DNA from: Balamuthia mandrillaris
Lineage: Eukaryota
Length of the DNA: 64,000 nt
Direction: 5' to 3'
NCBI GenBank assembly: GCA_031835245.2
Contig: JAVKOQ020000065.1
Span: 62,001 to 126,000, forward strand
Shown here: positions 24,750 to 36,501 of the stretch, piece after piece
Numbering within the stretch: position 1 is the first letter of the stretch
Layout of the letters: every line of letters begins with the position of its first letter
Notes under the pieces: generated by a model
Told to the model about the DNA's origin: nothing
Seen by the model: only the letters and a program-made list of their open reading frames with translations
Database searches by the model: none
Made by a program: the position numbers and the translations under genes

Positions 24750-26434
24750 ATGGCAACAGGGTCCTCCTCGTCCACCTCGGAGTTTGCCTTGTCCTCCCCT
24801 CCAACGGACGGCATCACCTCCCTCTCCTTCGTCACCAACGAATTGTTGCTTGTCTCCAGCTGGGACGCTGTACGCTACTTTTTTTTTTCTTCTTATCTCT
24901 TCTTTCCTCTCTCTTTCTTTCTTTCTTTCCTGCTCTTTCTTCCTTTCCTTCTTCTTTCTTCCTCTCACGTTGCTGTCTCATCAAAACAAAACAAAAGGGC
25001 GTTCGGCTTTACGATGTGGAGCAAAACGACCTGCTTGCCTCTTACTATCACAAAGCGGGCGTGTTGGACTGTTGCTTTGCCGACGCGGACACCTGCTTCA
25101 GCGGTGGCGTCGACCGCGTCGTCCGCATGTTTGACGTACGAAGCCACACGGAGAGCGCCATCGGCGCCCATGACAATGCCGTCAAGTGCGTTGCTTATTC
25201 TCCTCAAGGTAATAAGAGCTCTCTGTTGCTCTTGTCTCTCTTTTCTCTTACCTCTCCTCTCTTCTTTCTTTACTCTCCTGTTTGTCTCTTCTCTGCTCTC
25301 TGCTCTCTGCTCTCTGCTCTCTGCTCTCTGCTCTCTGCTCTCTGCTCTCTGCTCTCTGCTCTCTGCTCTCTGCTCTCTGCTCTCTGCTCTCTGCTCTCTG
25401 CTCTCTGCTCTCTGCTCTCTGCTCTCTGCTCTCTGCTCTCCTCTCTTATTCTCGTTTGCTTTCTTTCCTTTCTTTCTTATCAAACTTTATCTCACAAACA
25501 AAACCAAAAACAACAAAAAGGTTTGGTGCTATCAGGCAGTTGGGATGGCACGCTAAAAGGATGGGACCCCAAAGCTAACAACACCAGCAACGCCAGCAAC
25601 AAGAGCCAACTGAGCCTCGACCTTCCCGACAAGATCTACTCCATGGACCTCCGCGGCGACAAACTGGTTGTGGCCACCGCCGGTCGGCACGTTTGGATCT
25701 ATGACCCTCGCAACCTCTCCTCTCCTCTCTACAAACGAGAGTCGGCTCTCAAGTTCCAGACTCGCTGCGTTAAAGTCTTCCCTGACCTTACGGGCTATGC
25801 CTTGAGCTCGGTGGAGGGCAGAGTGGCCATAGAGTACTTTGACACGGCGCCAGAGGTGCAGGCCAGGAGGTATGCCTTTAAGTGTCATCGGCACACCGCG
25901 CGTACTGGAGAGCAAACGGTCTATCCTGTCAATGCCATGGCTTTTCATCCTGTGTATGTTTTCTTCTTGTCTTGGTTCTTGGTCTTCTTGCTCTTCGTTC
26001 TTCTTCGTTCTTCAGTCTTCTTCTCTGTTTTCTTTCGTCTATATTTTCTGTTTCTTTCTCTCTGCTCTACTCTCTTCTTACGTTCTCTGTACTCTCGGTT
26101 GTGTGTATGCAATGTAGATACGGAACGTTCACAACGGGAGGTTGTGATGGAATGGTGAATGTATGGGACGGACAAAACAAGAAGCGGTTATGTTACTACC
26201 GGCAATACCCCACAAGCATCTCCGCCCTCGCCTTCAATCCTTCCGGTCGGCTCTTGGCCATCGCATCTTCCTACACCTTTGAAGAAGGCGAAAAAGAGTT
26301 TGTCTTTCTTTTGCTTTTTCTATTTCTCTTCACTTTCTCACTTTCCACCACAAAATAGCCATCCAGCAGATAGCATTTTCATTCGAACCGTGGAAGACGT
26401 TGACGTGAAGCCAAGAACCAGACCTTCCCAGTAA
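24750..26434 (+). CDS. BUB3: Spindle checkpoint WD40 protein Bub3, 5 exons
   Basis: [71 protein letters not shown]. Confidence 0.95.
25290..25440 (+). repeat. Intronic 7-bp tandem repeat (CTCTGCT)n, about 21 copies
   Basis: Perfect array inside the second BUB3 intron; it creates the spurious SALCSLL and AESREQR ORFs. Confidence 0.95.
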
Positions 26435-26588
26435 CACCCCAAACATCAAGACTCTCTTGAAAAAGAGGGAGAGAGGAATAAGTGAGTAACTTTTTTGTTT
26501 CTCTCCCTTCGTTTTTGTAGCTTCTTTTTTGTGAGTACAAACAAGAAAAGGAATGTGTGATTAAAAACAACCCGTGAGCCATCATTCT

Positions 26589-27736
26589 CTATTCGGCAAC
26601 TTCGCCTTCTTCCTCAGAGGCAGTGACAGATGTTCTTCGTCGTTTGTTCCCAGAGGAAGATACAGAAGAGGATGACTGACTGGAACGGCGAGATGAGGAA
26701 GAGGAGGAGATTGAAGATTTTCGCAAAGGTGGAAGAGGAGGAGTGGCGGGTCTCGTTGTGGAAGATCGTTCCTTTCTACTTTCGCCTTCTTTTTCATCCG
26801 CAGCAGGGAGGTCGTCTTCTCGTTTTCTTTCTCCCTTTTTGTTTCTTCGACGTTGACTCGTTTCTTCTTCATCTTCTTCCTTTGCTGCTGCTTTGTTTTC
26901 TTCTTGTGCATCTCTTTCGTCTTCAATCTCACGAGAAGCGGAAACTTTACGTTTCTGACCAACAACAGGTGTTGTTGCTGTTTCTTTGGGCACACTTTCT
27001 CTTCTTCTCTTTCTTCTTCCTTCATCCAAAGAACTGATTGGTTGCTCCGTTTGAGTGTTGCTCCTTTTTTCTTTTTCTCCCTCCTCATCCTCGTCTTCTC
27101 CATCCTCCTTCTCTTTTCCTTTTTGCTTTTCTTCTTCTTCCATCTTCTCCCCTTCTTGCTCTTCTTCTTCCTCTCCATCTATCTTCTTCTTCTCTTCCTC
27201 CGGTGGCGCCATTCCAACGCTTCTCACAACATCCTCCAACGTTCCTCCCGAACTTAACAACGAGAAACTCTGTGTGTTGTGCTTCGCCACCACTCGCATC
27301 GTCTTCCAAACAAACACCTTGTCTTTGGTGAGAAGATACTCCTCCTCGATGCCGGCATCGGGATCCATCTGTTCGGCAAGCGGCTCTAAGGCCTCGCGAA
27401 ACGAGGAGGGTGCTTTGATGCGCTCTGCAGATTTGAGGGCTTCGAGCAGCCGTTTGTTGTCGGGATCGTCGGTGCCCCATAAGCGACGAAGTGCTGCTGG
27501 TGCTCCTTGCTTTTTGCCCTGTTATTGTTATTTTGTTTTAAAACAAATATAACAGAGAATGAAGACAGAGGAGAGACAAAGGGAAGAGAGCGGGAGAAAC
27601 ATACCAGGTTGGTACGAGGTTGAGGAACGGGAATGGCATCGGAAGGAGAGAGAGGAGGACGTTCAAAGGACTTGCAACCTTGTTGCTTCCAGTAAATCTG
27701 TTGCATAGTGAGAAAACAACAATTCATGAGAAAAAG

Positions 27737-27770
<34 letters not shown>

Positions 27771-29883
27771 GCGAGAGAGAGATGAAGAAGAACGTACCCA
27801 GTTATTTTCACGTTTAAGAATGTTGTAGACGGTGGCAGTAAACTTTTTACCGCCAGGAGGCGTTTCGATCAACATGTTCTTTGTCTCTCTGGTCAACACT
27901 GCCACTTCCGATCTCTGAACCAAAAAAAAGGTCAATGAATGAACAAACGAAGGAAAGAATGTATGCAACCACAACTATAACCAGTGGGAAAAGAAGGGGA
28001 AACGAGAAGTCACGAACCTGTTCTTTGGTCATAACAGAGTTTGAAGTCTTTCGATTGTTCTCGCTGATGACGCGAAGCGCTTGAAACAGGATCAAAAACT
28101 GAACCAAGACATGTCTACGGAACCATGGATCCTTCATCTATTTTCGAAAAAAAATGAGTAAAACCATTCTCTCTCTTGCTCTTTCTTTCTCTTTCTCTTT
28201 CTCTTTCTCTTTCTCTTTCTCTTTCTCTTTCTTTCTTTCTTTCTTTCTCTCTTTCTCTTTCTCTTTCTCTTTCTCTTTCTCTTTCTCTTTCTCTTTCTCT
28301 TTCTCTTTCTCTTTCTCTTTCTCTTTCTCTTTCTTTTCTCTTTCTCTTTTCTTCTTTTTCTTCTTTCTCTTTCTCTTTCTCTTTCTCTTTCTCTTTCTCT
28401 CAAAGGCAAAGAGAAAATGAAAAGAAGCAAAAGAGAACAAGAAAAAGCTTTCTCTTACCTGAAGTCTAAGCAATCGGCTGCTGGTGAGATACTTGGTGAA
28501 ATAGCATTTAGTGGCAGCGCAGTAATTCGCCCTCTCCGCCGTCGACAAAGCAGCGGAGGACGCGGCCTCCTGTGGAGAGATAGGATTCCTCTTGAAGGCC
28601 TCCAAGACGGACGTCATGCCACTGACCAGCTGTGGCCATTTGTTGGGCAGATAGGCAGAGTTGGGGTCTTGGAAGAAGCTTTGAAGACCCCAAAATGTGC
28701 GATAGAACTGCCAATCCACTGGTGGCTCTGTAAAGAGGTTGTTAAAGTAGAGAGAAAAGAGAGAGATTAGGAGGGTTGAATAAGCAGATGACGAGAAAAC
28801 ACAACGATAAGCATAACAAGAAAGAGAAGAAGCAGGAAGGAGATTATACCAGGATCTGTTGGCGAGATTTTGACGAGTTGAGGAGAGCTTCCGTCCTGTC
28901 CTTGAGGCACTACCTCTCCGTCCGTTTCAGCCGCTGTTGTTGCCTTTTCCTCCTCTATTACGGTTACGTTGGCTACATTGGACTTGCCCTTTGGATTCAG
29001 TCCTGAACATGGAGAAAAGACAAATGAGCAAAACTGAATGCCGCCAGAAGAACAAAGAAGAGAAGAGAAGAAACCAGAAAATGACATACCAGAGGGATCC
29101 GAAAGAGGGAAAATATAAGCCAGAAACATGAGAACCCTTCCTCTGAAGACCGGATCAACAGCCTTTGACAGCCGCCTCAACAGCTGCAAACATGGCTTAA
29201 GCAGTACGTTGACGCTGCGCCGACTGTTGGCAATGATCTCCGCAAAGAGGTCGGCTCTCTCCTCAAAGACGTGCCACACGGACTGGCACTCGCTCGTGGT
29301 GAGGCCTTCAAGCACGTCGCGAAAGAGCTCAAAGAGAAGGGCGGGGTCCACGCGGCCTTTGTCCCCTGACGGCTGTTGCAGCATGCGTTGTTTGGCACAG
29401 AAGGAAGCAACGTCGAGGGAGAAGGCCACCGCCTGCTCTCTAGCGCGTTGTTGGCGTTCCTCTGTTGTAGTTGTTTGTGTTCCACTCACGCATGCCGCCT
29501 TTCGTTGTGTGTTGTGGATTGAGTGCGATTAAAATGAGAAAAAAAAAGAGGGCAGAGAAAAAGAAGGCAAGAAAAAAAAAACCGAACCAATGCGGAGGAA
29601 AGATGCATACGAAGGCACATCTCGATGAGGTCGGCAGGCAAGTCATCTTCGGAAGGACGCCCAAAGAGCTGGGTGACCTCTTCTCTAGTGGCGGAGAAGC
29701 TTCCCCGTTTTTGAGCTTCAGCGAGTTTGGCCTTCATATTTTTTCCAACAAAAAATAAGTTATTAGAACGAATGAATGTGCAACAGCAACAATAACAACA
29801 ACAACAACAACAAGAAAAAAGAAAGGAAAGGAAAGTGTCGCTCGCACCAAAAAGGAGGCCTTCTTGCTTTGCCACTCGTCCAT
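26589..29883 (-). CDS. THOC1: THO complex subunit 1 (Hpr1), multi-exon
   Basis: LLRRLSK..DPVFRGRVLMFLAYIFPLSDPSGLN, FYRTFWGLQSFFQDP, YFTKYLTSSRLLRLQ, FRRHVLVQFLILFQ, ILKRENNW.YWK, DPDAGIEEEY. Start MDEWQSKKASFL is inferred. Confidence 0.92.
28180..28400 (-). repeat. Intronic (GAGAAA)n microsatellite in THOC1
   Basis: Long near-perfect hexamer array between exons. Confidence 0.9.
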
Positions 29884-30372
29884 CTCTCTCTGCTTTCTTT
29901 TCGGTTTTTTCTTAAAAAATAATGTCGACATGCCTGACGTGGCGTATTGGATCGAAGATTACATTTTTTCAAAGCACCAACCAAAAATCATAGCCACAGA
30001 CAATTCGAAGAAAGGAAAAATTAAGACCACTTTTGGGTCAACCTATTAGGCTTTGTTAACGAATGTTTAAAACAATAAAAAAGAAAAAGAAAAAAGTTTA
30101 AACATTAAAAAAAAAAGAAAACACAATTCCATTCCATTCTATTTCTTATTTTCCTTCTCCTTTTGCTTCCTCCTTTGCAGCGGCATTCCGTTCAAGCGAT
30201 TATACATCAGTACTTTCTTCTTCTTCTTCTTCTTCTTAGCTTTTCTTCCTCCCTTCTTCCTCTTCCTTCTTTTTTTTCGATGTAAAACAATATAAAGCTC
30301 AGCACCATCCATCCATCCATCCGCAAAGCTTGAAAAAAAAATAATAAAAAACATCTTTTAGAAAAAAAAAGT

Positions 30373-31543
30373 TTAACTCATGCTCTCCTTCAAGTGCATC
30401 ACTTCTGCTGATACGTCTTGTCCCGCTTGGTGTTGTGCTTTTAGCTTTTCTAACGACTGTTTTGGGGGGGGAAAAAACCAAAGTTAACTTACATGAAATA
30501 AAGTGCACATAACAAAACAGCAACACGAAATAAAGAACGATGGGGAGAGAGAAGAATAGTTTTGTTTTGGGGAAAACAATACAAAAAGAGAAACGAGAAA
30601 AGAAAAATGACGAACGAAAAAAAAATTGGACAGAAAAAAAAGAGAGAAAAAAAAGAAGAGGAAAAAAAAAACGATTCAAACCTCCAAATTAGCCTTTAAC
30701 TGTATACACTTCTCGAATTCCATGTTCTCAGCAGCCGCCTTTATCGCGTTTTGTATTTTAGAGATGGAGTCGTTGAAAAAGGCATCTACGTCCAAACCTA
30801 ACGACAAAAATGAGTGAGCAACATTTGTTAAATGAGAAAAAATAAAGACAAGAGTACAACAAATAAAGGAAGAAAACAAAAAAAAAAAGAAAAAGAAAAC
30901 AGAGAAGCAAAACAAAGGAGAAATACGAACTTGGTTTTGGGGGAGTTGGAGGAGGGGCACCCGGTCTAGGAGGTGGGGCACCCGGTCTCGGAGGTGCTCC
31001 TCCAGCTCCGCTTGGTGGAGCAGGGCCTCCTCCCGGTCTTGGAGGCGGCCCTCCAGGCCTCGTAGGCGGAGGTCCACCAGGTCTCGGCGGTCTTCCTCGT
31101 ACCGATCCACCAGGAGCGCCAGCAGGACCGCCAACTCCAGGAGGAGGAACACCTCCAGGTCCTCCACCTCGTGGACCACCACGACCTCCGCGTGGACCAC
31201 CTCGCGGTGGCCCAGCTCTTCGCCGAACGCTACCTCCTCGAGGAGGAGGAGCTCCTGCAGGGCGGGCAGGCGGGGGGCCAGCACCTGGCCGAGGAGGAGG
31301 TCCTCCCGCTGGTCTGGGTGGGGCTTGTTGTGTGGAATCGTATGCTCCTGAGGAATAATCTTCTGGCGCGGATGATGTGTAATTATTTTGGTCATAGTTG
31401 TTGGCGGTTGTGTCGCCGCCAGAGGCAGAGGCGGAAGGATACGTTTTAGGAGTGCCGGTAAAGGGAGGAGGTGGCGGTAGGGCTGATAGTGGGCGGAATT
31501 GAAACCTTCCTTCTGTCTCGAATTCAGCAGAATTGGCTATTTG

Positions 31544-31585
<42 letters not shown>

Positions 31586-32274
31586 AGGAAGGGAGAGGAA
31601 GTTAGTGACAGTCAACACATTTTTTACCAAATTCGAGAATAAAATAGGTACCATCGCCACCGCCAGGCCGAGAAGGAGCAGCAGGACGTGTAGGAGGCAT
31701 ACCAGGTCTCGGAGGGAGAGGACCTCCTCCACCACCACTAGTGACAGGAGGGGGGTTGGAGTTCGAATGGACAGGGCGGGAGGGAGGAGCAGGTGCAGGA
31801 CCTGGGCCGTTGGCTCGAGAGGCAACGGGGGGCATGGGTCTTTGCGGGATGGAGGGTGGCCCACCGGGCGCTGGTCCCGTGGGTCTTCCCGGTGGAGTCG
31901 GTCCGTTAGGACGTGAGGGAGGGCCACCAGCTGGTCCACCGGCCATACCGCCTGGGCGCGGTGGGGGAGGTGTTGCTCGTTGGCCAGGAAGCTTGGGGGC
32001 ACCGCCAGCAAAGAGTCCTCCACCACCGCCTCCGCCGCCACCACCACCGCCTCCAGCGGGAGCTGTTTGTTGTGAAAGAGAAAAGATGAGCACAAGACAA
32101 AAGGAATAGATGATGAGAGCAAAAAAAAAAAAAGCGTGAAGAAAAGAGGAAGGGAGTGCGACGATAACAGATAAAGGCGGGATGAGAACAGAGAAACGGG
32201 AGAAGCGAGCGAAGCCATGAAAGGAGAGGCAAGTCCAAACAAAAGGTAGAAGGACATACTCGGAAGTGAGAAGC

Positions 32275-32315
<41 letters not shown>

Positions 32316-32503
32316 CAGAGAGACAGAGAGACAGAGAGACAGAGAGACAGAGAGACAGAGAGAGAGAGAGACAGAGAGCAGAGAAGACAAAGTAACTATA
32401 ACGAAAAAAAAGAAGTACCTAGGGAAGGTGCTGATCTGTCGTTAGTTTCCACCTTTTTTAGCTTTTTGCCTTGGTGGATCTGCTTCAGCAGTGAGTTGTC
32501 CAT
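30373..32503 (-). CDS. Verprolin/WIP-like actin regulator: WH2, proline-rich region, WASP-binding-like motif, C-terminal UVR-like helical hairpin
   Basis: MDNSLLKQIHQGKKLKKVETNDRSAP (WH2), GGLFAGGAPKL, polyproline tracts, FETEGRFQFRPLSALPPPPPF..PKTYPS (WIP WBD-like); last exon SLEKLK..KESMS*. Confidence 0.85.
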
Positions 32504-32654
32504 CTTGAAAGTTAAGTAGCAGGACCAAGACTCGCTGCGAAGTAACTATATTTATCTAAACCAGTTTGGACGGGCGGGCTTTCTATGAGATGAAACATCA
32601 AAAGAGAAGACAAAGGAAAGCAGAACGTGAGACAAAAAGAAATATGGTAGAAGC

Positions 32655-32693
<39 letters not shown>

Positions 32694-33253
32694 AGGAAGG
32701 ATCCTTGTCCCTTGAAATAGAAGTTTTCTTCGAATGAAGTAACTTACGTGTGGAATAATACAGTGGTCAAAAGTTTCTTTCTTATGATTCGTGTTGTTTT
32801 TTTTTTTTTAAAAAGTTTGTGGTCGTCACAATAAGATCGTCGCGTAAAAGGAAGCGAAACAGGGGAGGATGGGTTTTAAATAAAAAGAAAAAGGAAACAG
32901 CAGGAAACAGCAATTAGCTTCAACAATCCAATCAATCAAAAATCAAAAGGGGCAGAGCGAATCGAAAAAAGTAGAGAGGGGCAAAAGTAGAGAGATGATT
33001 TTGTTTGACGACACGAGTATATCAAAAAGAAAAAAATGCGAACGCCATGGATTGCCCCCACCCCACAACAAAGAAGCGAAGAAACACGAACCTTTTTTTA
33101 AAAAAATAAAAGAAAGACGAGACCTCTAATCGCCGCCACAACCAAAAAGATTGTTTTTGGTTTTTTCGCTTCCTTCGCGCTACTCTCTTTTTTTTTTTCT
33201 TTCTCTCTTTTTTTTGTTTGTTGAACGAAAAAAAAATTGTTTTTAATTTTCAT

Positions 33254-33364
33254 GCGGCTGTTGTTGGATTCGATAACAGTCCTCCTTTTGTCCACTTGTA
33301 GTATGGGCTCTACGAGGAGACGCATTCCTTGCGCGTTTTGGACCGGATCGAAGGAGGAGCTTTT
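33254..33364 (+). ncRNA. Candidate structured small RNA (hairpin plus three-way junction, then T4); class unknown
   Basis: Helices identified by eye, with G-U pairs favouring the + strand; see findings. Confidence 0.3.
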
Positions 33365-33515
33365 AAAGGAGAGATCGATAAGCGAAACTTTGTTTGTTTG
33401 AGGGGCCACTTCCGAAAAACTTCGGGTCATGTCGTCCTGTGTTTCCATAATCTCATGTCGTCCCGTCAGTCGACAAAAACGAAAACAAGCCAGGAGAAAG
33501 AGAAGAGAAGAGAAG

Positions 33516-34840
33516 ATGCCTCCCACATCGGTGCATGAAGTACGTTGTTGTTCTTTTCCTCGCCGTGCTTTTATTTATTTATTTTTTTGTTGCTGTTCAT
33601 CTGAAGAGTGGAGAGCACTGATGTTTTTAAATATGTGAATTGTCCAATACATAAGCTGTCTGATGAGATGCTGCTGTCCATCTTTGGTTGGCTGGACATC
33701 GCCGCCCTCTCTTCCTGCACTTTGGTTTGTTCTCGTTGGAAGCGCATCGCCACTGACGATCACTTGTGGAAAAAGTACGAGAACACCTTTCACTGTTATC
33801 CTCTCCTCCTCACTCAAAACTCTTGAAAAAAAAAAAAAAACAAAACAAAAAGACTGTACAATGATTATTGGGGAAGCAACACTCAATCGTGGCGCGATCT
33901 ATTCGCCTCTCAATACTTTGACTATGAAGATGAGGACTTTCAAAACTTGGAACGTTCGTTGAAGAGAGCCCTGCGAAGCAGCGCCCATCGCGTCCTCTTC
34001 TTCATCTATCGACTTGACAAAAGCGTTTGTGCACCACCAGACCAGCAACATGAAGAAGGAGGACAAGAAGAAGAGGAAAGAGATAAAGAAAAGGAGGAGG
34101 AGGAAGAAGAAGAGGAAGAAGAAGAAGAGTGGGTGGAACGACTGATACAAAAGAAGAGGAAAAGAGGGGAGTATGTTGAGTGTGGTGAAGTCGTGGAGGA
34201 GACTCACCCTGCCTCGTTCATCGGTGAATGGATAGACGATGATGAAGAAGGAGAGGAGGAGTATGGAGATGGAGAAGAAACATATCACGAATTTGAAGAA
34301 GAGTCATCTTCATCATCATCACTGCTGGACGGGTTGAACTATCGCTCTCTTTTCGATGACATCAAGAGCATGCCAAGTCACGAAGTTCAACAGATCATTG
34401 CCTTTGAGAGTGGGCTCTGTTTCGGAGAGGGAAGCGGTTCTTCATCGTCATCTTCTTCATACTCCATCGTTGCTTCTCAATGGACGTCATGGGAAGAGCT
34501 GAAAGGAGAAGAACAAGTCATGGAGACCCTCCTGAACGAGTTCTTGTATCCAACGTTAACTTCTTCAGGCTTGGGAAGAGCAATGATGTCAACGATGAAA
34601 GAGCGTGAGGAGCAAGCAAGAGAGCTTGCACGATGGTTGCTGCTGTACTTTCCGTGGCGAAAGTCGAGGTGCTTTGTTATTGATGAAAGACTGCCTGTTT
34701 CTGGCATCGCTTTTATCTCTGGCTCTCGCTTTGCCACGTTGTGGCTCGTTCCGCATTCCTCTTCCGCAGCTTCTTCAGCTTCCTCATCCTCATCTGCTTT
34801 CTCTTTTCCTTCCATCGGAAAATTTCCATTCCGGATGTGA
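33516..34840 (+). CDS. F-box protein with an acidic central region, 3 exons
   Basis: IHKLSDEMLLSIFGWLDIAALSSCTLVCSRWKRIATDDHLWKK splices to LYNDYW..SWRDLF, which is in frame with ORF 33947..34840. Confidence 0.85.
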
Positions 34841-34911
34841 CTACGGCAATCAGAAAGCAAGCAACGACAAACGAGGCAAGAAAAAAAGGAAAAAGAAGTG
34901 AATGAAGTTGT

Positions 34912-35714
34912 TCACGTTGTTGACGAAGAGGAGAAAAGAGCGGGAAGGCTGTTGGCGTGGTACTGCTTGCCCAACCATGATGGCGATGACGATGAAGAGG
35001 AAGCGGAGGAGGAAGACAAGGAAGAGGAGGAGGAAGATGATACAAGAGCAACGAGAGGGAAGAACCGTTGGGCCTCTTGGATGACAGCAGCATCCTCTGG
35101 AGATAATATTCGAGCAATAAACGATGAGCAGAAGTAAAAGAAGAAAGAAAAACAAAAGAGAAAAAATGAACCATCGATGAAGAGGTAAGCATCGAGTTGC
35201 CGAGCGATATGAACTTTGCCTAAACTTGTCGAACAAAACAATACCTTCTAAATGTTTTTGTTGTGATAATATAAACGCATGTTAACAAAAACAAAGAAGA
35301 TAGAAGAAAGAGGAGAGCAAAAAAGCAAAACAATAAAAAAACGTACGTGAGGAGACATAGCATCACGACCAAAGAGATCGGCTCTACGACATGCATCAAT
35401 GACGAGCTGCTCCGTCTCGTCATCATCGCATTGAGTTATGAGGTAGAGATCGCTGGTGGAGGCCAAGGACCGAAGTGTAGATGCTGTAGCTGGTTCTATT
35501 GTCCACTGAACTTTTTCGTCCTGGCGTGCTTCTCGTCCTTCTTGCTGTTGAAAGATTACCTATGAGAAGAAGAAGAAGAAGAAGAAGGAGGAGGAAGAAG
35601 AGGAGGAGATCGAGAAGGAGGATGAGAAGACGAGAACAAGAAGAACAAGAAAATAAAGGTTACATATTAATGGAGAGCGAGAGAGAGAAGAGCGAGAGAG
35701 AGAGAGAGAGAAAG

Positions 35715-35770
<56 letters not shown>

Positions 35771-36308
35771 AATGTACGCCAAGAGTGGAGCAACACACTC
35801 GCCGGCGAGCAACCTCTGACAGGCGAATGTGGGGCAGTGCAGCGGAAGAAGCTACGGATGAGGAAGAGGTCGTAAAAGAAGGAGCCTGGGGAGTGGAAAG
35901 AGGAGAAGGGCCGCTCCTCGCTCTTTCAGAAGCACCGAACGACGCGGCAGAAGAAGAAGAGGATGGCAAAGAAGGTGGTCGATGGCCACGAAGGCGTTCC
36001 AGCTGGAAAGTGGGAAACATATGTAGTGAGAAAAAGAGTGAAGAAGAAGAAGGAGAAGGAGAAGAAGAAGAAGAACAAGAACAAGAAGAACAAGAAGAAG
36101 AAGTGAGAACCTGTCTACGAAGAAAAGCAAGGCGGGTGGAGCGTCGCCAAAGCACGAAGGCCAGAAGCAGCACCACGAGGAGGCTTCCACCGAGCCACCA
36201 CCTCCTCTTTTGTCTCCAGCGCCTCCAAACGACGAGCTCAAACCACGCCCCCATCGCGGGGAGCAGGCCTTCCTCCTCCCTCTCGGCCAGCGGCGGAGGC
36301 GTGCTCAT
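34912..36308 (-). CDS. PEX22: Plant-type peroxin 22 (membrane anchor of Pex4), 5 exons
   Basis: N-terminal TM segment, then RRVCCSTLGVI, DLYLITQCDDDETEQLV, KVLFCSTSLGKVHIARQLDAYLFID, recalled as matching plant PEX22 (DLYLM..DDESE, KVLFCST.GR..VRQL.P.WHID). Confidence 0.75.
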
Positions 36309-36330
36309 CTTTTTTTTTTCTTTAGGCAAA

Positions 36331-36393
36331 TTTTGTCGACGTGAGCAGCTTGTCGACACGGATCTGCTTGTCGACAATATTGACTGCGTCGAC
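36331..36393. promoter_or_regulatory. Phased cluster of four GTCGAC motifs in the PEX22/NADAR divergent promoter
   Basis: GTCGAC at 36335, 36352, 36370 and 36388 (spacing 17/18/18). Confidence 0.55.
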
Positions 36394-36501
36394 ATGAATT
36401 CTTGAGGTGAAAATACAAAAATTCCGCCCAAAAATTTCGTGGAAAAATTAATCGATTTTTTTTTGAGGCTCATTGGTGCAACGAAGAAACCAAAGCAAGA
36501 A

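Noticed and set aside
24965..25578. AESREQR / SALCSLL repeat proteins
   Set aside because: Artefact of a 7-bp tandem repeat inside a BUB3 intron.
33098..33526. 142-aa minus-strand ORF
   Set aside because: No recognisable motif, it runs into poly-A/T, and it overlaps the promoter and the RNA candidate.
36331..36393. CRISPR-like repeat-spacer array
   Set aside because: Repeats are only 6-8 bp with 11-12 bp spacers, the context is eukaryotic and there are no cas genes.
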